A stretch of DNA of 64,000 bases from an uncultured bacterium (GTDB taxonomy: Bacteria > Zixibacteria > MSB-5A5 > UBA10806), in the NCBI GenBank assembly GCA_965541585.1, contig CBEUCH010000004.1, positions 160,001-224,000 of the forward strand. The letters are read 5' to 3'. The number at the start of each line of letters is the position of its first letter. Positions within the stretch are counted from its first letter, which is position 1. A model generated the notes under the pieces. That model saw only the letters and a list, made by a program, of their open reading frames with translations, made no database searches and had not been told where the DNA came from. This document shows positions 1 to 8,613 of this stretch, piece after piece. The position numbers and the translations under genes are program-made.

Positions 1-1
1 A

Positions 2-244
2 CGCACTGTAGCCTCCATTGTACCACCGACGGTTATCAAGGAAGAGGTAGTCGTCGCCGAGGGCGAGGAGGGCGAGCTTGTCGAGGGCGAAGAAGCTCCT
101 GTCGCCGAGGGCGAGGAGGGCGAGCCGGAGGTTATCTCCGAAAAGAAGGCCGAGGATAGACAGGCCGAGAAAGGAAAGGCCGAAAAGGGAAAAGGCGAAA
201 AAGGAAAAGGCGAGAAGGGAAAAGGGGAGGAGAAAAAGAAATAG
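2..244 (+). CDS. rplY: 50S ribosomal protein L25/Ctc, C-terminal part (gene begins before the window)
   Basis: Not in the ORF track. Frame 2 reads RTVASIVPPTVIKEEVVVAEGEEGE...EPEVISEKK...KGEKGKGEEKKK*, with TAG at 242-244. 'VASIVPP' followed by an acidic tail with 'EPEVI' is typical of long L25/Ctc proteins. Confidence 0.75.
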   Translation, partial: RTVASIVPPTVIKEEVVVAEGEEGELVEGEEAPVAEGEEGEPEVISEKKAEDRQAEKGKAEKGKGEKGKGEKGKGEEKKK

Positions 245-279
245 AGCTTTTCTCCAGCCGCAATCTATATTCAATATCG

Positions 280-305
280 AAAGCCCCGCATGCCGGGGCT
301 TTTTT
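280..305 (+). terminator. Rho-independent terminator after rplY
   Basis: AAAGCCCCG-catgc-CGGGGCTTT hairpin followed by a T run. Confidence 0.85.
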
Positions 306-315
306 GTTATAAGGC

Positions 316-344
316 TTGACAGAAAGGCTGCATTTCGTTATCTT
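316..344 (+). promoter_or_regulatory. sigma70-type promoter of first LVIVD gene
   Basis: TTGACA (316-321), 17-bp spacer, TATCTT (339-344). Confidence 0.6.
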
Positions 345-429
345 GAGCATGGATTTAGAGATCGGCAATACTCGCACCTGGCAATCTTGAAGGGGATGCC
401 ATGAAAAGGTCTATAATCATAATTATTTG
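338..429 (+). repeat. Direct repeat copy 1: -10 box, 5' leader, RBS and first codons of the LVIVD genes
   Basis: 92 nt matching 2566-2657, with 6 mismatches counted by eye. Confidence 0.9.
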
Positions 430-2539
430 GCTCTTTTTGTCATCCAGCCCGCTCTTGGCGCAGGAGGTGGAATATGTAGGGTCGACGCTCTGGACCGGCA
501 TCGGCGATATCCAAGTCATAGACGATTACGCCTATTGCGCGTTTTATAACGGCCTGGGGGTTCTTGATATCTCCGATCCTTCGGAGCCGGAGCTTATAAG
601 CAAATGCTCTTTAGAGGGTAGGGGCTTAGATATCCAGATCGTCGGTGATTACGCTTATGTTGCCGATTATGGAGCCTGCCTCCAAATTGTAAACATTTCC
701 GATCCCTTGAATCCCTTTCTTGAAGGAAGTTATGAGGAGCGGAGTGCGGAGATGATCTCCATCTCCGGTGACAATGCCTTTGTAGTATATTCGATGGAAT
801 CTCCGTGGGGAGGAGATTACGGATTATTGATAATCGATATCAGTGATCCCACAGACCCGCATGAGACCGGATACATTCAAGTTCACGGAGGAGCGTATAA
901 CCTGTGCGCGGTTGGAGATTACGCTTATGTTTCGGATGGCGACCCCGGTTTTCGAATATTCGATGTATCCGATCCCACAGACCCCAATACTATTGGGACG
1001 TTTCAAACCCCATATTTCCCATGGAAGATTGTTGTCGATGGGGATTATGCTTACGTGGCTGACGGTCATTCAGGATTGACTATTCTGGATATCTCCGATC
1101 CGGCGAATCCCCAATTGATTGATAGCTTTTTTGAAGATGTTGACTTCAGAGATATTTACGTTTTAGGTCAACACGCTTACGTTCTGGATGAGAATATCGT
1201 TCCGTATGGCGGTGTTCACATAGTCAATATCTCCGATCTTTTGGATCCTTATATCGAGGGAAGTTATCCTATCAGAGTTCCGGAACGAATTAATCTTTAC
1301 GGAGATTATTCTTATATTCTCGACAATCAGGATGATATTCATATATTAGATATTTCTAATCCAAGCGAACCTTCCTACAGCGGACGTTACGATTCTCCCC
1401 GGTTGCTTACCGGCGTTTTTGTTGATGGCGATTATGCGTTTGTTCCCGCCTCCCATCCTGCTCTTATCGTAATTGATGTTACCGATCCTACCAATCCTGC
1501 CTATGCCGGAATATCGGATAGTGTCGGATGGTCGCGGGATATACATATTTCAGGCGATTACGCCTATTTAGTCGGCTCTGATCTTCAGATTCTGGATATA
1601 TCCGATCCCTCCCACCCCGCAAGCGTGGGAGTTTATTATACTCAAAGCTATTCGATGGAGGTGTTCGTTTCCGATAATCTCGCGTATGTAACGGAATACT
1701 CTTCAGGTTATCAGTACGATCTTGAAATCGTTAACGTTTCCGATCCCTCCAATCCATATTTTGAAGGCGGTTTTAGCACAGCAAACCGAGCCTACGCTGT
1801 TTTTGTTGCTGGCGATTACGCTTATATTGGCGTCAGTAATCGCGGTCTCCTTATCCTTGATGTATCTGATCCATCAGATCCATACCTCGTCGGTAGTTTC
1901 TATGATGGCCGGCACACACCGATAGACATATTCATCGTCGGTAATTACGCGTATCTGTCGGGGTACAATCTTCAGATACTCGATATCAGCGATCCGTCAA
2001 ATCCGATACCTGTTGGAGATAACGACCCGCCTATTCACGCCTGGAATATCTATATGTCCGGTGATTACGCTTATATAAGCGGTTCTGAAGGTTTATCGGC
2101 TGTTAACGTGACCGATCCCGAAAATCCGATAATTGTCGCAAGTTATGAAAGACCGGGTCCGGTCGATGACATTTTTGTATCGGATTATTACATTTATGTT
2201 TCGACAGAATTCTCTATAAAGATATTTTACTTTGATCGGCAAACCGGTATTATCGAGGAGGTCGATCACATCCCGCGATCCTTCACCCTCGCCCCCAACC
2301 ACCCTAACCCCTTCAACACGTCCACCACCATCCGCTACGATTTGCCGTTGGCAGGGGATGTTCGGCTGGAGATCTACGACATCCTCGGCCGCAAGATAGA
2401 AACGCTGGTTGACGGCTGGCAAACGGCGGGGGCGCATTCCATAGTATGGGAAGCGGAAAGTGTATCATCGGGGGTGTATTTCTACAGAATTCAGGCGGGA
2501 GATTATGTTCAAAGCAAGAGCTGCCTACTTTTAAAATGA
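401..2539 (+). CDS. Secreted LVIVD-repeat (beta-propeller) protein with T9SS type-A-like C-terminal sorting domain
   Basis: Signal peptide. Many 'V.GDYAYV...L.ILDISDP..P' repeats. C-terminal NHPNPFN...IYDILGR...SGVYFYRI...LLK. Confidence 0.9.
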   Translation: MKRSIIIIIWLFLSSSPLLAQEVEYVGSTLWTGIGDIQVIDDYAYCAFYNGLGVLDISDPSEPELISKCSLEGRGLDIQIVGDYAYVADYGACLQIVNISDPLNPFLEGSYEERSAEMISISGDNAFVVYSMESPWGGDYGLLIIDISDPTDPHETGYIQVHGGAYNLCAVGDYAYVSDGDPGFRIFDVSDPTDPNTIGTFQTPYFPWKIVVDGDYAYVADGHSGLTILDISDPANPQLIDSFFEDVDFRDIYVLGQHAYVLDENIVPYGGVHIVNISDLLDPYIEGSYPIRVPERINLYGDYSYILDNQDDIHILDISNPSEPSYSGRYDSPRLLTGVFVDGDYAFVPASHPALIVIDVTDPTNPAYAGISDSVGWSRDIHISGDYAYLVGSDLQILDISDPSHPASVGVYYTQSYSMEVFVSDNLAYVTEYSSGYQYDLEIVNVSDPSNPYFEGGFSTANRAYAVFVAGDYAYIGVSNRGLLILDVSDPSDPYLVGSFYDGRHTPIDIFIVGNYAYLSGYNLQILDISDPSNPIPVGDNDPPIHAWNIYMSGDYAYISGSEGLSAVNVTDPENPIIVASYERPGPVDDIFVSDYYIYVSTEFSIKIFYFDRQTGIIEEVDHIPRSFTLAPNHPNPFNTSTTIRYDLPLAGDVRLEIYDILGRKIETLVDGWQTAGAHSIVWEAESVSSGVYFYRIQAGDYVQSKSCLLLK

Positions 2540-2543
2540 TTGC

Positions 2544-2572
2544 TTGCCAGAAACAACACCATGCATTATCTT
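2544..2572 (+). promoter_or_regulatory. sigma70-type promoter of second LVIVD gene
   Basis: TTGCCA (2544-2549), 17-bp spacer, TATCTT (2567-2572). Confidence 0.55.
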
Positions 2573-2657
2573 GAATATGGGTTTAGAGATCGGCAATACT
2601 TGCACCTGGCTATTTTGAAGGGGATGCCATGAAAAGGTCTATAATCATAATTATTTG
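2566..2657 (+). repeat. Direct repeat copy 2 of the LVIVD leader and start
   Basis: Matches 338-429. Confidence 0.9.
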
Positions 2658-4734
2658 CTTCTTGTTGCTTTCAGGCTCACTGTGGGCCCAGGAAATCGAT
2701 TATATTGGATCAGCTCTCTGGAGCGACATTCATGATGTCAAGGTTGTTGGCAATTATGCCTATTGCGCATTTGTTAATGGATTGATGATATTGGACGTTA
2801 CAGATCCAGAAGCGCCTTTATACTTAGGCCAATACTATTGTCAGGGCAATGGTCGGGCTTTAGATGTTTTTGGCAATTATGTGTTTCTAGCCGACGGTCA
2901 ATCCGGGGTGCAAATTATTAACATAGCTTCGCCCGATTCTCCATTCCTGGTAGGAAATTATGATACCGAGATCTATACGTATGGCGTCTTCATAGAGGGC
3001 CATTACATGTACTTAGCCGATTCTTATCATGGGCTAGTAATATGCGACATAACGGATCCTTCAAATCCTGAATTTACTGGATCCTACAACACCGATGGTT
3101 ATAGTAGAGATGTCGTTGTTTCAGGGGATTACGCTTACCTTGCAGATGACATTTGGGGTCTACAAATAATAGATATTTCAGATCCAGCTTCTCCTATTCA
3201 CGTATCAAACTATGACACTCCGGGGCAGGCTTATAGGATCTTTCTTTCAGGGGATTATGCATATATTGCGGATTTTGGGTCTGGCCTTCAGATAATTGAT
3301 ATCTCAGAACCTGAAGCACCAACGTGGGTAGGCAATTACAATAGCTACGTCGAAGACGTTGCTGTCAGAGGAGACTATGCATTTGTGATCGGTCACTACT
3401 TTGGTTTACATATTGTTGATATCAGCAACCCCTCAAATCCTATATTCGTAGGAGGAATCGAGACACCGGACATTTCAACGGCTGTTTCCCTTACCGGTAA
3501 TTACGCATATATAGCTGATCAATCAAGTGGTCTTCAAATAATAGAAATTTCGAATCCTTCGAATCCCGCATCAACTGGGTCTTACGCAACGGCTGGCCAC
3601 CCCTCTCGTATAATTGTAGCCGCCAATTACGCCTTTATGGAAGCCTCCTCGGGAATACAGATAGCCGATATCGCCGATCCCGAAAACCCAACCTGGACAG
3701 CAGGCATGGATCCTCCTTATAATGTCATTGACCTTTTTGTACTGGACAACTATGTTTACGCTGCATGTAACGATTCCGGCTTACAGATCTTCGATATCTC
3801 TATGCCAAATTCCCCGACGTGGATCGGAGGTTACAGTACAAACAGTAATACATATAGCGTATTTATTGCCGCCAACTTAGCATTTATAGCCAATGGATAT
3901 TTCGGTCTTCAGATTATCGACATTTCAGAACAGGATGACCCGTTTTTTGTTGGAAGCTACTACGCCGAAGACATTATTAAGGGTATTTATGTAACAGGGC
4001 ACTACGTTTATCTTGGCGGCTCTAATAACGGCTTGTATATAATTGATGCATCCAACCCAGAATCGCCCGTGCTGGTCGGGAATTGCGATACCCCGGGCTA
4101 TGGCGGTCAGGTTTTTGTTGTCGGCAACTATGCCTACATCGCCGATGAGAATTCCGGTCTCCATATAATAGATATATCAAATCCCCAATATCCCTCGATT
4201 GTTGGGAGTTATTTAACAACAGGGGGAGTCACTAGTGTGCATGTATCTGGTAGTTTCGCCTATGTTGGCGATCATTATAGTGTCGATCCGCTGGTAATCA
4301 ATATTTCCGACTCGCAAAATCCTACATTAGAGGCGACTTATGACACTCCGGGTTACGCCAGAGATGTTTTTGTATCTGGTAATTACATGTATGTTGCCGA
4401 TTTCTTTTCCTTGATGATCCTCCACTTCGATCCTCAAACTGGAATGATAAAGGAGATTTCGAAGTTGCCCAATCAAATCTCCCTCTCCCAGAACCACCCC
4501 AATCCCTTCAACGCTTCCACCACCATCAAATACGTTCTGCCTACTGGTTCCGATGTGACCCTGGAAATCTACGATATCCTCGGTCGCAAGATCGAAACGC
4601 TGGTTAATGGCTGGCAACCGGCGGGGGCGCATTCCATCGTATGGGAGGCGGAGAATGTATCATCAGGTGTGTATTTCTATAGAATAGAGGCGGGGGAGTA
4701 TGTTCAAAGCAAAAGCTGCCTGCTTTTGAAATAA
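2629..4734 (+). CDS. Secreted LVIVD-repeat protein with T9SS type-A-like C-terminal domain (paralogue of 401-2539)
   Basis: Same architecture. 'YDTPG.A..V.VSGDYAY.AD...GLQIIDIS.P' repeats. PNPFN C-terminal domain. Confidence 0.9.
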   Translation: MKRSIIIIICFLLLSGSLWAQEIDYIGSALWSDIHDVKVVGNYAYCAFVNGLMILDVTDPEAPLYLGQYYCQGNGRALDVFGNYVFLADGQSGVQIINIASPDSPFLVGNYDTEIYTYGVFIEGHYMYLADSYHGLVICDITDPSNPEFTGSYNTDGYSRDVVVSGDYAYLADDIWGLQIIDISDPASPIHVSNYDTPGQAYRIFLSGDYAYIADFGSGLQIIDISEPEAPTWVGNYNSYVEDVAVRGDYAFVIGHYFGLHIVDISNPSNPIFVGGIETPDISTAVSLTGNYAYIADQSSGLQIIEISNPSNPASTGSYATAGHPSRIIVAANYAFMEASSGIQIADIADPENPTWTAGMDPPYNVIDLFVLDNYVYAACNDSGLQIFDISMPNSPTWIGGYSTNSNTYSVFIAANLAFIANGYFGLQIIDISEQDDPFFVGSYYAEDIIKGIYVTGHYVYLGGSNNGLYIIDASNPESPVLVGNCDTPGYGGQVFVVGNYAYIADENSGLHIIDISNPQYPSIVGSYLTTGGVTSVHVSGSFAYVGDHYSVDPLVINISDSQNPTLEATYDTPGYARDVFVSGNYMYVADFFSLMILHFDPQTGMIKEISKLPNQISLSQNHPNPFNASTTIKYVLPTGSDVTLEIYDILGRKIETLVNGWQPAGAHSIVWEAENVSSGVYFYRIEAGEYVQSKSCLLLK

Positions 4735-4736
4735 TC

Positions 4737-6941
4737 TTATCTTTCTATTATCTCCAGGCTGGCGTATTTGACCATCAGCTTTTTATTGCCTGCGGCTTCA
4801 AATCTTATGGTAACAATCAGGCTCTCGCCGCTGCCCTCGCGCTCAACCACGACGCCGCGGCCGAATTTATCATGCATTACGGTCGTGCCCATAGGCAGAA
4901 GGTCATCGGTGTCATAATCATCTAAGCCCAACGATTTTTCCTGCCGGGCTTTCTTAGCCGGTCGTCGCTTGGACTTTGCAGCATCATCCTTGTAGAGATC
5001 GCTCCAGTAGTTGAATCTCTCCACCTCGATAAGCTCTTCGGGGATATCCTTCAAAAACATCGATGGCCCGCCGGTGTAGTCGCCCCAGCGACGTCTGAAT
5101 CCGGCCATGGACAGGCAGAGCTTCTTCTTGGCACGTGTCATACCGACATAACACAACCGCCTCTCCTCATCGAGATCCTCCGGTTGATCCAGTCCCCGCC
5201 TTAGCGGGAAAAGACCGTCCTCCATACCGGCCATAAACACGGTATCGAATTCCAGCCCCTTGGCCGAATGCATCGTCATCAGGGTTACCGATTGCGCCGA
5301 ATCATCCCAGTTGTCGATATCGCTAATCAGGGCGACCTCCTCCAAAAATCCCGCCAGCGACGGTGTCTCCTCCCGGTCGGCGTATTCCTGAATTCCGGCT
5401 ACCAGCTCCTTGACGTTGTCGGCGCGAACCTCGGCCTCCGGCGTCCCCTCCTCCAGGAGCACCTCCAGGTACTTAATATACTCTATCAGGCGGGCGGCTA
5501 TATCTTGCGGTGACGCTTTATCCACCTTCGACGATAGCTCGCTCATTATGGCTGCGAATTTCTCCAGCTCGCCCTTCGCTTTGCCCTTGATACCGGCATC
5601 GCCGGCCGACGATTGGACGACCGACATCAGGGACTGTCCCTTTTCCGCAGCCAGCCGTTCCAGCTTGGCGACGCTGGTCTTTCCGATTCCTCTCTTGGGA
5701 ACGTTAATAATTCGCAGAAGCGCCAGGTTGTCATCGGGATTCACCATAAGGCGCAGGTAAGCCAGGATATCCTTCACCTCCGCCCGTTCGTAAAACTTCG
5801 TGCCGCCGACTATAATATACGGCAAGCCCTTATATCTCAATGAATCCTCTACGGCGCGGGACTGGGCGTTGGTGCGGTATAACACGGCGAAGTCCGATGC
5901 CGATTTATCGAGTTTTACGCCCGAATTGATCTTTTCCGCAATCGCCTCCGCTTCATCCGTCTCGTCGCCGCATAGAAGAAGCGATACCTTATCGCCGCCG
6001 ATCATCTCGGTGAAGAGCTTTTTCGGCTGGCGTCCCTCTATTTTGGAGACGACATCGCCGGCGGAATCGAGAATAATCTGGGTCGAGCGGTAATTTTGCT
6101 CCAGCTTTATGACTTTGCAATCGGGATAGTCTCTTTCAAAATCGAGGATGTTGTTAATATCTGCGCCACGCCAGCCGTAGATCGACTGATCGTCATCGCC
6201 CACCACACAAAGATTATGATGATCACCTGCCAGGAGATTTACCAGCCGGTACTGGGCATGATTGGTGTCCTGGTATTCGTCGATTAGTACATATCTAAAG
6301 CGATCCTGATAGGTCTTTAGAATTTGAGGATTCTCATCGAAAAGCTGCACTGTTCTCATCAAGAGATCATCGAAATCCATGGCCTGGCTTTTGACAAGCC
6401 GTTTCTGGTATTCGGTATAGACCGTCGAGACGTTGACCTCGAGGAAATCCGAGGTTTTCCCGGTATAGGCCTCTGGGGTAATCAATCTATCCTTGGCGCG
6501 GGATATGCGGTTGCGGGCGATCCCTACCGAAGGTTGTGAATCAGCAATCCCTTTACTTTTATAGATCATTTTTATCAGCGCCAGCGATTCAGCCTCGTTG
6601 TAAATGGAAAAACTTCTCTTAAACCCGAGCGGTTCGCAATGCTGCCTCAGTGTCCGGGCGCAGAGCGAATGGAAAGTGGAAAGCCAGACCCAGCGACCCT
6701 GTGAGCCGAGCAGGTCTATGACACGATTTTTCATCTCCCCGGCCGCTTTATTGGTGAAGGTGACCGCCAGAATCCTGTCCGGTTTTGCCGCACCTGTGGC
6801 AATGATATGAGCGATCCTGTTGGTAATCACCCGGGTCTTGCCGGAACCTGCACCGGCGAGCACCAGAAGAGGCCCGTCGACCTGCTCCACCGCTTGGCGC
6901 TGCCATTCGTTGAGGTCGTTAAGATACCCGGGATTTTCCAT
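4737..6941 (-). CDS. pcrA: ATP-dependent DNA helicase PcrA/UvrD
   Basis: AGAGSGKT, DEYQDTN, VGDDDQSIYGWRGA, LEQNYRS, HSAKGLEF, EERRL.YVGMTRA motifs, plus the C-terminal 'H.KFG.G.V' domain. ATG at 6941 preferred over the TTG at 6950. Confidence 0.95.
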   Translation of the reverse strand: MENPGYLNDLNEWQRQAVEQVDGPLLVLAGAGSGKTRVITNRIAHIIATGAAKPDRILAVTFTNKAAGEMKNRVIDLLGSQGRWVWLSTFHSLCARTLRQHCEPLGFKRSFSIYNEAESLALIKMIYKSKGIADSQPSVGIARNRISRAKDRLITPEAYTGKTSDFLEVNVSTVYTEYQKRLVKSQAMDFDDLLMRTVQLFDENPQILKTYQDRFRYVLIDEYQDTNHAQYRLVNLLAGDHHNLCVVGDDDQSIYGWRGADINNILDFERDYPDCKVIKLEQNYRSTQIILDSAGDVVSKIEGRQPKKLFTEMIGGDKVSLLLCGDETDEAEAIAEKINSGVKLDKSASDFAVLYRTNAQSRAVEDSLRYKGLPYIIVGGTKFYERAEVKDILAYLRLMVNPDDNLALLRIINVPKRGIGKTSVAKLERLAAEKGQSLMSVVQSSAGDAGIKGKAKGELEKFAAIMSELSSKVDKASPQDIAARLIEYIKYLEVLLEEGTPEAEVRADNVKELVAGIQEYADREETPSLAGFLEEVALISDIDNWDDSAQSVTLMTMHSAKGLEFDTVFMAGMEDGLFPLRRGLDQPEDLDEERRLCYVGMTRAKKKLCLSMAGFRRRWGDYTGGPSMFLKDIPEELIEVERFNYWSDLYKDDAAKSKRRPAKKARQEKSLGLDDYDTDDLLPMGTTVMHDKFGRGVVVEREGSGESLIVTIRFEAAGNKKLMVKYASLEIIER

Positions 6942-7171
6942 GGGCGACAATATATAAATTTATAAATAGTAATGACAGCGATGATTTTCAACATAGCAGG
7001 TGATCTCCGCAAATACGGGCATAATTGTATTGCCATTCTTTTTTCCAATATATATCTTGATTTCGCAATCCGAGCATCGAATCTCGGCGAGGAGTAGCGT
7101 GGTGTATGATGAAGATCCTGTTTAGTCATAATAGCCTCTTCAGTATATAAGGCTGACAGAAGGAGAATGGT

Positions 7172-8569
7172 ATGGATACAGTGTCGCTTTTGATATTAAT
7201 CGGCGCTATAGTTGTTTTTGTCGCCTTCATCTTAATTCTTCTGGCGAAACAATATCGCAAGGTGGGACCGAATGAGGTTCTCATCATTTCCGGTGGACGG
7301 AAGAGAACCGTCACCGATCCCGACGGCACCGTGCGAAAAATCGGCTATCGAATGCATATTGGCGGTGGTACGCTGATCATCCCGTTTCTCGAATCGGCAC
7401 AGGTGCTTCCCCTGGGAGTCCACACGCTCGATCTGGTATGTACCGAGGCGATTACATCCCGCGGCATTCAGGTCAACGCTCAGGGACAGGCACAGATAAA
7501 AATCGGCGGCGACGAATATTCTGTTCGAATGGCGGCGGAGCAGTTTCTGGGTAAAGGCAATCAGGGAATCAAGGATATAGCCGGCAAGATCCTCGAGGGC
7601 CACACGCGGGCTGCCCTGGGCACAATGACGGTGGAAGAGGTATTCCAGCAACGAGAGGCGTTCGATGACAAGGTCAAGAAAACAGCATCCGATGATTTCG
7701 ACCGGATGGGTTTGAAAATCCTTTCTTTCTCTCTAAAGGATCTTTCCGATACATCGGGTTACATAGAGGCCCTGGGAAAACCGAAGATCGCCGAGGCCCG
7801 GGGAGTGGCGGCGGTGGCCGAAGCCGAGGCCGAGAGAGACGCTACAGTCAGGGCCGCCGGCGCCCGCAAGGAGGCAGATATAGCCAAGTTCAAGGCCGAG
7901 ATGGAAATCGCCGGGGCCAATCGCGATTACGAGCTCAAGCGGGCCGAGTACCAGGCTATGGTCAACCAGAAAAAAGCCAACGCCGATCTGGCCTACGAGC
8001 TGGAACGTCAGAAGATGAACCAGCAGCTGAAAAGAGAGGAATACCAGGTGCGGCTGGTCGAGAAGGAGCAGGCCATCAAGCTTGAGGAAAAAGAGATTCT
8101 GCGCAAAGAGAAAGAGCTTGAATCCACGGTTAAAAAACAGGCCGATGCCCGCAAATATCAGATGAGAACCGACGCTGAAGCACAGGCCTTCAAGACTGAG
8201 GCGGAAGCCAAAGCGAAGGCTGAGGCCTTAAGGCTGGAGGGCGATGCCGAGGCCGAGACTATGAAAAAGAAAGCACAAGCTTACGCCGACTATAACCAGG
8301 CCGCCGTTTACGAAATGCTGATATCGATTATGCCCGAGCTGGCGAGGGCTGTCTCAGAGCCGCTCTCCAAAGTAGATAAGATCATCATGGTCGACGGCGG
8401 CAGTGGCGGCGGGGCATCCAGAGTGACTAAACAGGTGGCCGATATTCTGGCGCAGTTGCCGGTGGTCATAGAGTCCTTATCAGGCGTGGATATAAAGAAG
8501 CTCCTGGAGAAATTTCCATCCGCTGAAGGTAAGAAAGAGAAGCCGGGCAAAGGTGGCGGGCAATCTTAA
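7172..8569 (+). CDS. Flotillin/SPFH domain protein
   Basis: N-terminal TM helix, 'YRKVGPNEVLIISG', 'AAEQFLGK', AEA-rich coiled coil, 'PLSKVDKI'. AAGGAG RBS. Confidence 0.92.
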   Translation: MDTVSLLILIGAIVVFVAFILILLAKQYRKVGPNEVLIISGGRKRTVTDPDGTVRKIGYRMHIGGGTLIIPFLESAQVLPLGVHTLDLVCTEAITSRGIQVNAQGQAQIKIGGDEYSVRMAAEQFLGKGNQGIKDIAGKILEGHTRAALGTMTVEEVFQQREAFDDKVKKTASDDFDRMGLKILSFSLKDLSDTSGYIEALGKPKIAEARGVAAVAEAEAERDATVRAAGARKEADIAKFKAEMEIAGANRDYELKRAEYQAMVNQKKANADLAYELERQKMNQQLKREEYQVRLVEKEQAIKLEEKEILRKEKELESTVKKQADARKYQMRTDAEAQAFKTEAEAKAKAEALRLEGDAEAETMKKKAQAYADYNQAAVYEMLISIMPELARAVSEPLSKVDKIIMVDGGSGGGASRVTKQVADILAQLPVVIESLSGVDIKKLLEKFPSAEGKKEKPGKGGGQS

Positions 8570-8613
8570 GTGCTGTCGTCGATTATATGAGATCAAATTC
8601 ATAGGGGCCCGGT

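Noticed and set aside
53..230. 25-bp direct repeat (53-77 and 101-125) and 15-bp EKGK repeats
   Set aside because: Low-complexity coding repeats in the L25 acidic/basic tail, not an array or a mobile-element scar.
78..404. 108-aa basic ORF in the track
   Set aside because: It is an alternative frame of the rplY tail and runs through the terminator and promoter. The real frame is 2-244.
7060..7160. Possible yybP-ykoY-like riboswitch (GGAGTAGC) upstream of flotillin
   Set aside because: Only the short 5' motif is visible and I cannot find the other conserved elements or the closing stem. An Infernal/Rfam scan would be needed.
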